From Dicyema japonicum (lineage: Eukaryota; Animalia; Dicyemida): a DNA stretch of 64,000 nucleotides. Each line of letters opens with the position of its first letter. Within the stretch, counting starts at the first letter, position 1. Location: NCBI GenBank assembly GCA_011109175.1, contig RDEW01000025.1, positions 93,990 to 157,989 on the forward strand, in the 5' to 3' direction. The position numbers were made by a program, and so were the translations under genes. The notes beneath the pieces were generated by a model. The model was not told the DNA's origin, did not search any database, and saw nothing but the letters and a program-made list of their open reading frames with translations. Below are positions 1 to 12,986 of this stretch, piece after piece.

Positions 1-1304
1 TTTTTGGTAGCTGCCGTCTGCTTTTTTTTATGCTAACAATAAATATGAATTCAAATATTATGAATTGATGTCCAAAGATCATAATAGTACATGAGTAGAT
101 CCCAATAATACAAGTAAAGAAGCCTTCCATGTCTCGGATTAATTGCCAAGATTATCTTTAAATAAAGTGAGTTCTTCCTAAGCTGAGATGAGTAATGGAA
201 ACATTACTAGTGAGATATTGAGTCGCCTTGATGTTCCCACGTTATTTTTGAATTCCCGTGATGTCTCGTCGTTACCAGTTCTGTCAACTAAGTGTCAGCT
301 GATAGTACTCTTATCTTGTATATTGAATCTTGATCAAGAAAGTTAGTCTAAATTTCCATATATCTTCGACGGTGGTTTGTGTTGAAATCTCGTGACATGT
401 AAAATTGTGGCGCAGTTGAATTTTTGAAAGATCCACTGCGCCATCTGTGGAGACATACTCCGTCTGATGTTGATCCTTAGCTCTGAAACCGAATTAACTA
501 AGTAAAGACATGTATCCCTGCACTTGATTCAAAACAATCAATGCCAAACTTTTGTAGAGTAGCAGTAAGATGACTAGCCGTAGATTTTCAAATGGCTCTG
601 CCCTGTAGGATTTTGAATGAAAATTAAGAAGCTTTATATCCGCGGTTATGAAGAATTTGTAGCGAACATGTCTTTCAGTATATTTTCAAAAAAAAGTCTG
701 TCGTAATTTAGCTGTTCTAGACAGATTTGGGTCCTGGACTACATTTGTTCTTTTGCATTGCAGGGATCACTGAAATTATTTGCTACTGAGAGTTTTTTTC
801 CTAAGAAAATGGTTCGACGTGAACATTCTCATTATGGAATTTACTTTAAAGTGGTGGTCAGCAATGATTTATGTGAGCTGTAGCATATTCGGTACCTTCC
901 GTCCTAGTCTTGAATTTCAGATTATTACTTTTTTCGATTCATAATGCCGTATTGACGATGACATTTCGCTGTGTTGAATTTGTACGCCTGGTTTATAGTT
1001 TTTTTATGGATGCCAATTATATAATAGAGAGATATCACGATATTTGCCTGAGGTCCTATGAGTTTGATGTGAATACAACAGGCATATACTCGGCTGGGTC
1101 GTAGAAATTTGATCGTCTTGTAAAATTCAATTCTTCCCTCCCTTCCTCAACCATTCTGTCAGTCAAGTTTCTCACGTGATCCTGAAATGCTCCAAGAGAG
1201 ACTTCAGCTAGGCACGATGTCCCTCCCTCGAGCCCACGCTGGTATGCATTGACCGTATAATTGATTCCTCTTAGTTGCAACGACACGTTCCTTGATTACT
1301 ACGT

Positions 1305-1670
1305 ATTAAGGATTTGGGATAAGGCCTGCATCGACACCTTTTCCCAGTCGACACTTGCTGGTTCCGCGTTGAAAGCTGGGGAGGCTGCTCGGACTTTCGA
1401 GAATTTCAAAATAAAAAAATACGATAGCCTCTCCACAAGATTCCATGTACATCCCGTTGTTGTAGAGACGAGTGGAGTCTTCGGGCCAAAGACGATCTCT
1501 TTTCTAAGATCGCTTGGGTCAATTGTTTCGAAAGTCAGTAATGAGCGTGGGAAACCTAATGTTTGTTCCAAAGGATTTCTCTGGCATTTGTTAGGGGAAA
1601 CAGCCATTCTCTTCTATCAGCTAGATTATTTTGATTTTCTTGTTTCATAATCAATTGTTTTTAATTAAAA
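1305..1670 (+). mobile_element. 3' fragment of CRE-like non-LTR retrotransposon (REL endonuclease end)
   Basis: IWDKACIDTF...ENFKIKKY...PVVVETSG; closely similar to copies at 14930-15450 and 20350-21070. Confidence 0.75.
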
Positions 1671-1889
1671 AAATAACTAACAATTAAATTAAATTCTTTT
1701 CCTTATTGATGAAGAGCGGATTCGAGAAGCAGCGATTCGGGAGGTTTGACTGTATATTAAATCTCGAATGAAAAATGTCACACGTAGCGTTCCAAACGAC
1801 ACAAATAGGATCTGGGACTCCACTAATAGGATCTTTTGGAATCCATTTTTATTCATCTTTCGCGCTATTTTCATGTGTCCGTTTATACC

Positions 1890-2260
1890 CCATAATTTGC
1901 CCCACACATAACGAGAAAATATTATTAATTGAGCACAGTTCGCCACATAGGTGGATTCATTAACTTGTATCGCGAAATTTTTCATGGCATTAACTTTTTA
2001 TTTGATTTACAAACTGTTAAAATAAATAATATAATATCAATGACCTGCTGCTTAATATTTTTTGACATTTTAAAAAATCGTCGATGAACAGTATCAATAG
2101 TGGTATATCCGAAATCGTATTTTCAGCTGAGTGTGGATAAGAGTACGCACTATGTCTTTACAACAAGGAAGAATCAGTTTTTTGGCAATATTGTGAGGTT
2201 TCTTTTTTTTCGCTATACGTAATGAAATCATGTAAGATGAAGAGGACTTGAAGATTTTAT
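1890..2260 (-). mobile_element. hAT (Buster/Charlie, ZBED5-like) transposase relic
   Basis: SSYMISLRIAKKKKPHNIAKKLILP and FAIQVNESTYVANCAQLIIFSRYV match Buster-type motifs; disrupted. Confidence 0.75.
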
Positions 2261-2488
2261 TATTCCCATATCTAAGATTGGAATAGCCATACTCCGAGAA
2301 AACTCGTTCGTCACGCAGCACGCCAGCAGGCTTCCTCAACTGACATTTGTTTTAATTGTTAAAAAATTTTTCTTAAATAAAAAAACAAAAAAAAACTTAA
2401 TTAATTCTGTGTTAAAAATAATTTATTCATTAATTCGTTAATCGATTGATTCAAATTCATTCATTTATTTTAACAGCGAGATTTTCTC

Positions 2489-3448
2489 ATGAGATGTTGT
2501 GATTTTATGCTTAGACACAAATTTAATAAATTAATTCTAATCATGACCCTTGTACTTTAATATTTAATGACTAGTCAATCCTTCTTATTTTTTTATTTCA
2601 CACAAAAAACACCTTCAATGATTATTATCAGGTAAAATACAAGTTTCTGTTTGTCGTTATTTCAGGTTAAATAAACTTATTATTGATAGAACCGAACAAC
2701 GTGCAGAAAAGGGATGCCATAAGGGAAACATGGGGAAACGTAAGGCTATTGGAAAAGATGAATTCTACAATTGTTTTCTTCATCGGACAAAGTAGGACTA
2801 GGAAAATGTCGTTGATAGAGAACGAACAAAAATTGCATAATGACATTGTCATTAGTAAAAACTTTATCGAAGATTACCATAATTTGACCCTAAAAGTGGA
2901 AAATGCATTCACTTGGGCATTGAATGAGTTTAGAGACTTTGATTACTTCATTAAAATCGACGATGACGTCCTTTTGAATGTCGAAAATTTTTTCCTTTTC
3001 CTAACAAAAGCATGTCCAACAAATTTGACAGCCATACTCCATTCATATTTTGTTCAGCCAACCCTATATATATCCAGATAGAAATCCCAAAAGCAAGTGG
3101 TACCCTTTATCTTTATTAAGGTTTATTAGCAAAGATCAATATCCTAATTCAACTTACCCAGATTTTTGTGGTGGACACACGTATTTGATATCTAAGCAGG
3201 CCATCCCTCAAATTTTGAATAACTGTGGAAACCTAATCAAGCTATATTTGGAGGACGTTTATATCACTGGTGAATTTATTAACTAATTTAGTAGGATTAT
3301 GCAGACTTGAAAATAATATCCCACTACTTGTGCACCCTAAATTTATTTTAAACTATCCGATATTTGCAGATTTAAGGATTATGCGACACAACTAAATCAT
3401 TCAGAAGAATCTCTAAAGGATTTATTTGAAAAAATAAAGAACTGTTGA
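2489..3448 (+). CDS. Beta-1,3-galactosyltransferase family (GT31), spliced, type II membrane protein
   Basis: FLFVVIS-EPNNVQKRDAIRETWG, EDYHNLTLK, KIDDD, YPDFCGG, LEDVYITG; GT-AG introns of 21-25 nt; two frame problems (~3010-3050 and ~3345). Confidence 0.85.
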
Positions 3449-4299
3449 TAATCACAAGTTCATAATTAGAGACAGTTATTTTGGTTTTAACGAGGATTGG
3501 TTTGCTTGATTGTAATAATTATGCGGCATGTCAAATATAGTGTTCCCGACAATAGCGTCAATAATTTTTTTACAGTAAAAATAACCTTTTTTAAAATTTT
3601 CTCATTATAATCACCTCAGAAAAATATTCTAGTTAATTTTCCAATCTTAATAAAAAAAGCTTAAATAATTTAATAGAATTAGTTTAAATTAGAAAAATAA
3701 GTTTGGCTTGAAGAGTGACCTTCACTGCGGCGAAACAGAATTGTCGGAAGAGCATTCTTTGGTTCTCCTTCTACGTTAGCTATAACAACTGTTCTTTACT
3801 TAAATAAAGTGTGTGTTCTGCTTAAGCAGAGCCATAGCTGATATGGCTTCGCGGAAAGTGCGATAGTGCATTTTTCAGGGCAATATTGATTATATATAGT
3901 ATTCATAAAATAGGTCAAAATAGGAAATTTGAGAGGAAAAAAATATTATTTGTATCTCAGTGAGCTGAAATAGGTCAAAAAGTCTAGATATCTCTTGAAA
4001 TCTTTTTTTACCGTCATTATTAGAAATAAATTTGTTGATTGGCTAATTTGAAAAGGTTTATGTATTGAGAATGGAAATAAAGGAGAATTAGTAGGAAAAG
4101 TGTCAATTTCATAGACAGTTTACACTGTAAAGTAATTGAGTTCGAATCTTTATGAAAACCAACCAACGAAGATAAATTACTTTCAAATAATTTTATCCTA
4201 TAACTTTCCTCCTGTTCTTTAATGGGTTAAATCTCGCAAACAAGTAGATTTAATTCAGGCCAAGCTAAACTATTTATTAAGAGACTTCTCCATGTCAAA

Positions 4300-5830
4300 A
4301 ATAGCCTCACTAACTTGTAGGAGGCAAGCAGATATTAAATAGGACGCAGCAGATGTTGGTCGCTCCCATAGATCGGTCAGTCCCGGTATTGTAGATCAAT
4401 ATTGTGCCAATTAATGATATTCAAAAGGTTTTTGTTGTCAACACGTGGAGGTTGCAAAAGGAACAGAGGATATCGTATGTTGGTAGATATTGGTAGTGCC
4501 CACATCGTAGGCGAGCAAAGTTCACTCGGACATCCCTCGGAAGAGAAGATTCTGATTGGTCTATTGGAGGAGGGAGTCGGTGTAGTATTTTATTGTTTCC
4601 GAGTCTTCGGATGCTACTCGTAGAAAAAAACGTGCATCTGTTTCAGACGACTATTGTCATTGGGGTTGGAAGGGATGGATGATAACATTCTAGACAGGTC
4701 ACTTGTCATAATAATTTTTCTTTTGTTGCATAGGAAGTGGCAGGGATGTTCTAGGCTGTAGGCTTGGGAGAGGAACTGCAGGGCTCTCATTTCCAGATGG
4801 TGTCCAATTGGGAGGATCTTTGATTCCCAATGTAGATGATCAACAGGGATTGATCTGAGACATTCATTAATTGTCCTGAGCGCGATGTTTGTATTTTGTG
4901 TAGTTTGTCAATAGAAGTAAGAGAGGCAGAGGTTGACCAGCAAGGACTTGCATAGTTAATAGTTGTTCGAATGAATTGTTTATATATGATGGTTAGAGCT
5001 TCTTTGCTTTAGCCGAAGGAATGACCTGACAAAGCTTTAAGTAAGTTGATCATGTGAGATGTCTAACATGTTTAGAGAAAGTCAGTAGTTGGTCATAAAT
5101 AACTCCAAGTATTTTGGGGTGTTTCGTAACGGTGAGTGTTTTATAATGAATTGTTAAAATTGGTTAAAAATTTAGTTGGCGACGGTTGGGCGTTAATAAA
5201 GTGACGGTGAATTTCTATGGAGAGGGGGATAGGTGGTTTGCTCCAAGCCACTTTTCAAGAGTGTTCAAATGGTTCTGAACATCTTTCTCTGCTTCGTTAA
5301 CGTCTATGTCTTTAGAGGCGATAATCAGGTCATCCGCATACGATAGGAGAAGTGTTTTGGAATTGGTTGGAATATCGCTCATGTGCAAGTTAAATAAGGT
5401 AGGTGACAAAACGGAGCCTTGGGGAACTCCATTTGGAAGGACTCGGTAGTAAGATAGACAAGACTTAATTTCAGCCCGACCAATTCTTACAGAAAGGAAA
5501 TTTGTTAGCCAATTCTGAAGACGTGGATGAATTCGAGATGCAAGAATTTTGTTACTTAGGACCCGCCTTGATGTTCGATCAAACGTCTTGGTTAGGTCAA
5601 TGATAGTCCGTTTGGGAAGATTATAATTGTTGAAACCATCAGCGATATGTTGAGATATGGTAGAGATATGTGTTGATGTTGAGTATTGTGGACGAAGCCT
5701 TGTTGAAAATCAGGGAAGGGAAGAAACTTCGATGTTAGTTTCAATACAACACGTTCAACAATTTTCGATACTACAGATAGTAGTGAAATTGGTCTGAAAG
5801 ATCCCGGATCCGAAAGATCTTTTTGAGCTT
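4300..5830 (-). mobile_element. Degraded Jockey/I-group-like LINE (RT region)
   Basis: FRPISLLS, GVPQGSVLSPTLFNL and YADD motifs with frameshifts. Confidence 0.8.
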
Positions 5831-6017
5831 AAGGATTGGGATTATTCATATTGACTGTTTTTTTGCTACTTTGTGGACATTGTTCAAAACAGACATGTAC
5901 TACAACACAAAAGATACAATTATTAACAGCATTTTCACGAGAGCCATAATATTTATAGTTCCGCATAGGCAGGACACACACTTTAAGTAAAGAACAGTTA
6001 ATTTTAACATCGTAAAA

Positions 6018-6235
6018 CCAAGGAATGATCTTCACTTCTTTTTTTCTTTTTCTTGTGTGGGTCCTTTTTGACAATTCAGTTCCACAGTAAGTATCCACTG
6101 ATGACGGCGTCACTCGTCAAACCCTTTTGGCATCGTAGATGCGTGGAACCTTCCACCAGGTGAACAGCAGCGATAATCGAACCCGTAACCTAAGTCACTT
6201 TAGACCGACACCTAACCACTATGCCACCCAGCTAA
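6018..6235 (-). mobile_element. tRNA-derived SINE, copy 1
   Basis: A box TGGCATAGTGG and B box GGTTCGATT on the minus strand; body GGTTCCACGCATCTACGATGC shared with 4 other copies. Confidence 0.8.
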
Positions 6236-6339
6236 GCCTGGGGTTAATAATAGAATACGACACCGTGTAAAATATTAAATACATAATTTTCGAATCATTA
6301 TTACTTGCATTAAAGCTTTTCTATAGGTCGTGACAAAGC

Positions 6340-6480
6340 ATTTATTATTATTACCCCCAGGATCACTGGGTTAAAGAGAAAGAAATAAAAGTTATCATCT
6401 CAGTGATCCCAGACCGACAAAGGATAGATTCCGGCAAGGTCGAGAATCCTGAACAGCTCTTTTCATTGGACAAATTTCTG
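6340..6480 (-). mobile_element. Jockey-like LINE 3' end with terminal hairpin and (TAA)n tail
   Basis: Reverse complement matches 11031-11110; GGGATCACTG...CAGTGATCCT followed by taataataataaa. Confidence 0.75.
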
Positions 6481-6699
6481 TATGATTGTATATATTTCGA
6501 TAGTGTATGGAATAGAGGGCAGCTCGGTAAACTAGCCTCCTTTAAGAGTTTCCGTTGTAATTCGATTAAGAAATTTTCATTGAGCTGGATTTTGTGTTCT
6601 GGTCCAATTAACCTTATTGCAGTCTCCTTTGCGGATAGTTTCGATGAGGAAAGCATTTGCAACACGGAAATCAAATTAATAGTTAATTTTTTTGTAAAC

Positions 6700-7200
6700 T
6701 TTTTTTCTTTTATCTGTTATTTAATGACTTGAATCTGTAAGAAAGTAAAGTTAAATATTAGATTTAGGTCAATATGAACTACCTATTCATGTGCAAAATG
6801 AAGAGGTAATGAATCATACCAATTGAGATTGCTAAAGACACCAAAAATGATGAATTTAGTCACTAGTCAAATTTTATCAATAATGTGAATGTCCAATACA
6901 AAAATCAAATTTTCGATACTACCATTAATGCAGCAACTATGAAAGATTTGATTATCTGCAGCTTTCAGTGCGCTTCAAGCTAAGAATCCTAGTTGGGATT
7001 AATGCTTTTTCTTAAATCTCAAGAAAATCTCAATGATTTAATTAAAAATGCATGAAATAGGTCAAAAAATAAATTTCACCAAAAGATAAAATGTTCATTC
7101 ACTTGACTGCTTTATCCGAGACAGTCCGATCACTGTAACGATTTCTCTAAAGCCGAAAATAGAGACCTTCTGTTGTGATCAATCTAATATTAAGCCACGT
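6700..7200 (-). repeat. Segmental duplicate of the surface-protein gene 3' flank plus a remnant TM exon
   Basis: 6700-7100 matches the reverse complement of ~23560-23950; 7150-7200 matches 9015-9080. Confidence 0.7.
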
Positions 7201-8829
7201 TCATCTTTTCTGTGTTAAATAATAATAATTCAAAAATTTTTATATCCCCCAAGTAGGACAGTTATATGCAAGCATAGGTTTCACGATCGAGTTATACAAT
7301 CGGTTTCGGAATCAGATAGATGTCGTTCATTTTCTTATGAAATCTTTTCGTACAATGTTAGGAGATATCGTTGAAAATACTTTTCGTCATAAATATGTTT
7401 TTCCTATCGAGTTACCTACATAAACTGGACAACGCTATAGATGTCCCCTTTTTTCTGAACCTCTTCGGGTTTAAAACAAATCACCTTTTAAATGTCCTGA
7501 ACTTTACGCTGTCGACCTACCATGCCAAAGTTGACCGATCTATGGCAGCTACCGGTATATGCAGCTCTCACTTAATAGCAACTGGTCTCTTACAAGTTAG
7601 TGCGGCAGGGGTAACACATTAACTAGCTACATGTTCAATTTTATATAAAAACTCGAAGATTTAAAAAAATAAAAATCGATAAAAATTCTCTCTATTGACC
7701 TAAAAAATAAATTGACCTTAATTAGGATCATAACCGTTTTGTTTTTCATAGCTTAATCAGTGATTTGAATAAAGTTCTCTGTTCTATATTTCATTTCTGT
7801 ATGGCTCATCATCTACCACTGAACACAGAACACGAATCTGGTTTATTAAGATAGAAAGATCGAGTGAGATGATAAATAGTCCACATTGCTGTCTTTGATT
7901 GACCAAATCTCAAGGACGATGTAGTTATTAGAACCAACCAACAAAGATAAATTACTTTTAATCAATTTTATCCTATAACTTTCCTCCTGTTACTCTAGCT
8001 AACAAGTTTATTTAATTCAGGTCAAGTTAAACTATTTAAGAAACCCAAAACGACAATATCTTACTTATTTTAACTCATATGTGGAAGACATTGAAAGTGT
8101 TCTTCTCTTCTCGTTCTTTTCTTTTTGTGTGTTAGTTCAGAACCACAAAAAACCGTAGATGTGTGAAACCTTCAAATAGTAATTTATATCAAGAAATTAA
8201 AAATTCATTTCAATAATAACTGTTCACACAACAAATATGAAAGATTTGATATTCTGCAACATCCATAACTTTAAAGAGTATAGTCCGCGTAAAATTAAGC
8301 ATCCTAGGTTTAAGTTTATTGCTTATCCTCAATTCTAAAAAAAGCTTAAAAAATTTATTAGATTTAGCTTAAATGAATAAAATAGGTCAAAAAGGCAAAA
8401 TGGCAAAAAATAGAGGGCTATTTGAAAAGACTTTAAAGAGTACACAAGCTGAAGAGAGGCATGGTATATTGATGCCTGTTGATGAAGATGACGGCATGGA
8501 ATGTCAACCTAGGGTAGTCTCTGAATGTAGGAGACTGGTCCACATGTTCTGTCGCAATATTTAATGGATCCAAACACGAATAACCTCAAATCTATTCTGC
8601 GCAATAAGCAAAATCCCAACAACGCACAGTATTTGTTGTTCCTTAAAATTACAGTCTCGGTCAGTTCTTCGGTAAGATAAAAATAAAGAGGTCGACAAAA
8701 AGCCTGTGTCAAACCTGAAAAAGAAGAAGTGTTTGAACAAAAATAAGATCTATTAAAACTTAGAGAAAGAATTGAGTAAGAAAAAGAAATACCATTAACC
8801 CAACAAATCCCAATTCTAACTAAGACTAA

Positions 8830-10006
8830 CTAGTACTCATCGTTGATGAATAGCTTTTTCTGATCCAAATATTCCTAAAATAAATAATTTGATCAAACAT
8901 AGTCGTCCATTCTGACCTTTCTCGATTTTATCTAAAATCTTGACCAAAGTAACCAACCTTTCTAATGATTTTATAAGTAATCATTCCAAGGGATATAACG
9001 AACAAGGATGAGAAAGCCAAAAATAAAGAGACGATTATAGTCTTTCTGTTGTGATCGATCTAATAATGAGTAACATTCATTACCCAAGAATAAAGTCTGA
9101 CGCTGAAAGGAACTAAAACTCACAAAATTTAGTACCATTTTGATGGTGAATTAAATGCTCTCTTGAGAAATGCGTTGGATGCTCGATTTTCTTCAATTTC
9201 TTTTTGAGACAATTTACAAGGTTGTTTATTTTTTCTAAAATAAATTAATATTTTAATAATTTTAGTTGATCTTTTATACCTTCTATGGAAAGATGGTTTT
9301 TTTTATTTAGGTCAGTGTTCTCATTTCGTTCATGATAATTGACATTTTTGAATGAATCCTCGTTTTTTGTATTAGGGGGATACATGATGTTTTTATTTAG
9401 GTCAGTGTTCTCATTTTGTTCATGATGATTAACATTTTTGAATGAATCCTCGTTTTTTGTATTAGGAGGATACATGATGTTTTTATTTAGGTCAGTGTTC
9501 TCATTTTGTTCATGATAATTGACATTTTTGAATGAATCCTCGTTTTTTGTATTAGGAGGATAAACAATATAATCAATTCTATTGTCATCTCTATGGTTTT
9601 CAAAGTAAGCCAAATCATTAGGATGAATTATATAATCTAGAATTTAGATTACCTTCACCTTGTGTTAGCTCATTTTCATAATCTGAGAGTTTGACAAAAC
9701 TTTCCGTAATTTTCACTGGATTCTCGTTTGATTGGTTTTGAGTTGTCGTCTTTGTTGCTTCCAATTCGATTGGTCGTTGTGTAGTTGTTTTTGCTAATAT
9801 TTGTAAATAATTTAGAATTAAGAGAATAAGCAAAATTGAAATAATCTAACCTTTCTTATGAAATCCAAAATTTTTAATTATTCTCACTTAAATAAATTAA
9901 AAATAATACGTAGATCGTTAAATTTAAATTCGCTTTGGATATTTTGAAAGAGTAGTAATAGACTTAGTATTATCATCTAAAAAGTTAATACACCACATCA
10001 AACCAT
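8830..10006 (-). CDS. Novel type-I membrane protein, paralog A (signal peptide, repeat ectodomain, TM, short tail)
   Basis: ATG-only exon 1; MIILSLLLLFQNIQS signal; GT-AG introns keep the frame open; TM IIVSLFLAFSSLFVISLGMITY; ends KKLFINDEY*; same exon structure as B and C. Confidence 0.75.
9299..9562 (-). repeat. Coding tandem repeat, 3 x 90 nt (30 aa MYPPNTKNEDSFKNVNYHEQNENTDLNKNI)
   Basis: ttttatttaggtcagtgttc recurs at 9301, 9391 and 9481. Confidence 0.95.
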
Positions 10007-10179
10007 TGTATCTGTGTCTCATTATAATAATATGCTTTATTTATTAAAAAATGGTTCTCCACAATAAAATTCAATTATTATTTTATTCGTTAAATATTTA
10101 AAATAATAATTAAAATATTATTTTTTTAGAATCGTGATTAGTTATCATATCATAAGTTTACTTGTCAGTCCATCCTTGT

Positions 10180-11125
10180 AGGATAGGGGCAGTGTAACTC
10201 TTTTTTTAAATGTCTCCAGGAGAGGATTAGGCATTTTCCAACTTCTTAAATGGGAGACGTGGACAAGTGATTTGCAATAACATAAAGTCAAAATCCCGTC
10301 TAATACTAAATGGAGTCCCTCAAGAATCCCCACTATCGCCAGCCTTTTTCAATCTCTACATAAACGGCATGCCACAAACCTGTAATAAAAACTGCCTAAT
10401 CCTCTCCTATGCCGGCGATATCATTCTTTCCTCCATGGACAAAACTATTCAATCACCGACTCAGTCCGCTCAAGAAATGCTTGACATGTTCAAACAATTG
10501 CTGTAGAAGCCGATACTCGACGCATCAGCAACAAAGCCCTCTGTCACGCTGTTTACCACTTACAAAAGAAAGCTCTGTGTCTAACCAAAAATCTTTATGA
10601 AGAACCCGGCTATTTCTAATAACAAAACACCGAAAATTCTGGGAGTCACCTTTATCCGACATGTTGAAAAGATAATAACTTCTGCTCTGAGGAAATTGAG
10701 AAATTTAAAAATGCTCTTAAAAACACTTAGAGACCAAATTGGTGTCCTTGCTACGATTTATGAACAGTTTATCCGACCCACGATGACGTATGCAAGTCTT
10801 TCGTGGGCAATGCAGATTTCACAATCCTCCTCATTGAAACTATACGAATTGAGGTGACCGCAATAAGGATAATTGGACCAGAACACAAAATCCAGCCCAT
10901 TGAAAATCTCTTAATCGAATTACAAGGAAACTCTTAGAGAAGGCTAGTTTACCGAGCTGCCCTCTATTCCATGCACTATCGAATTATCTACAATCATACA
11001 GAAATTTTGAGCCGCCATGTCCAATGAGGAGAGCTGTTTAGGATTCTCGACCCCACCGGACTCGTCCTATCCCTTGTCGGTCTGGGATCACTTAGTTAGT
11101 TGAGAACCTTTTATTTTTTTTCTTT
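10180..11125 (+). mobile_element. 5'-truncated Jockey-like LINE
   Basis: GVPQESPLSP, YAGD, PKILGVTF, YEQFIRP; ends GGGATCACTTAG. Confidence 0.8.
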
Positions 11126-12986
11126 GACATGGCTCTTATTACTTACCTTGTATCCCCGTATACCGACGCTAACTCCACTCATCGCACCAATTCATTATTT
11201 CCAAAAACCTCACTTCCACCTTTCAATAAATGCATTTACAGTTAATTCAACCTCTCTAAATTTTGCGAGCTATGTCTATAAATAAAATTTGCAAGGTAGT
11301 TGGTCGAATACACTTATCATACCATCGAATTCCTGGGTCGACTAGGGAATCGAATTTCGACGCCGTTGGTGATCTTCACTTGCACTGAGGACTATTTGAG
11401 CTAATCTCGTTCCCAATCCTGAGAGGAAATACCACACAGTAAGGCAACTGTCGCATGGTCCACAAATTGATTGTTTATCGATTATTTATGAAAAATTAAT
11501 GAACATGTTTGCCTTGGGGGAAAAGGGGGAATTACTTTTGGACGTAATTTTGAAATAAAATGAAACACTTGAGACTGTGAAATGAAACACTTGACTTTTG
11601 GAAGTCATGGGAACAAAATGAAAATTTACTAGGTTCCCACGTGCGCCACACATGAGACTGTGAGCATGTTACTAATTTACATTCCATGTTAACATATTAA
11701 AAAAACATTAGTAACAGAGACTGTGACTACTGCAGTAGATGGTAATTATCGGGGGTTGTAAAAACTATCTCTGATTGTGGAGGTCGCAGAGTCATGTGCA
11801 ATAGCATTCTCGATTTCATAGATGACTCATCTACTAATACTTTTCACTGCTCCATGGTTTCAAGGGAAATTGAAAAAACCTTCGAGAGCTGAGTATTTCA
11901 AGTTTTCTTTGTTTGACAGAGTCGGCATTAGATCAATCTTAGTAAAGATAATTAATTTGGTGAAAATGGGAATTCTACTCAAATTAAAAATCTTTTTCAT
12001 GTGATGATGTTTTAAAGAACTTTCATATTTTGGATGAAATATGGGAACTTGAAGATTACCTGACTGAAATTTTGGGCAGCTAACTGTTGAATGTCTTAAA
12101 AAATTGAGTCAGATTGCCAAAAGTTAAATTGGTAATATCTGATAAAAACTCCAATTTTTTGTTAGTTTGAGATTAAAAATTGGTTTTCAGTGTGTCAGTG
12201 TCGAATGGTCACGAAACCAGAGATTTAGTACCAAAATATTTACTACATAGCTTGTATGTGTAAGTTACCAAACGAAGTGTTTAGTATGTTCACATGCTTA
12301 TACTAGAGTGGAGTGTAAACCCGTGGAGTTACCTGAAAAAGCGTGTGAATTGTGGTTCCAAAAACATCAACAATAGAAGTTGTCAAAAAACTGAGCAATA
12401 CCAGAAAATCGAGAGTACATAAAAAATCTTTACGACAATTTAAATTCACATTCAAAAATTAACATTTAAAATCTGAAATGAACAGCGAAACTTAAGTTGG
12501 AATTTACAGATCAATTTATCATAATTTGAAGCTTCGTTTTTTACCAAAATGTACTGTAGAAATGTTCACTGCCTCAGACACGGATGTGACCAATCCTAAC
12601 AAGTTCTCTAGGCAGATTAAATGTTAATCTCATCGTGATTTGGATTAGTATTTTACTTATCCAACCCGGACATGATGCTATACTTTATGGAAATTTCAAG
12701 GTACCTTGGAAAGGAATTTGTGCAGAAGGATGTTTGGGAAGGTAGGCCATCCTTTAGGAATTTTCATTATCGTTTGAGTAGAACTGATTCAAAAACCAAA
12801 TACTCGGAATTAGGATATATGTTTGGTGGCTTTCTAGATTGTATAATTTAACTTCATTGCGGATCACAGATCACACAGAAATATATAAAATTATATAATT
12901 ATTTATTAACAAATAATAATTAATTTAAATAACATCGATTTATTCATTGTTGACATTTATAAACTAACTAGCACTTTGGAAGGGCA

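Noticed and set aside
3705-3750. Hammerhead-like TTGAAGAG...CGAAAC...GTC
   Set aside because: No stem I pairing and a poor stem II
6095-6125. CTGATGA on the SINE antisense strand as a hammerhead core
   Set aside because: No GAAA after the stem, and CTGATGA is not conserved in other copies
6165-6235. tRNA gene
   Set aside because: Acceptor and anticodon stems are broken and it continues into a repeated body, so it is a SINE head
11800-12860. Possible minus-strand gene head-to-head with PDE12
   Set aside because: Tiny-intron-like signals are present, but no consistent frame or recognisable motif
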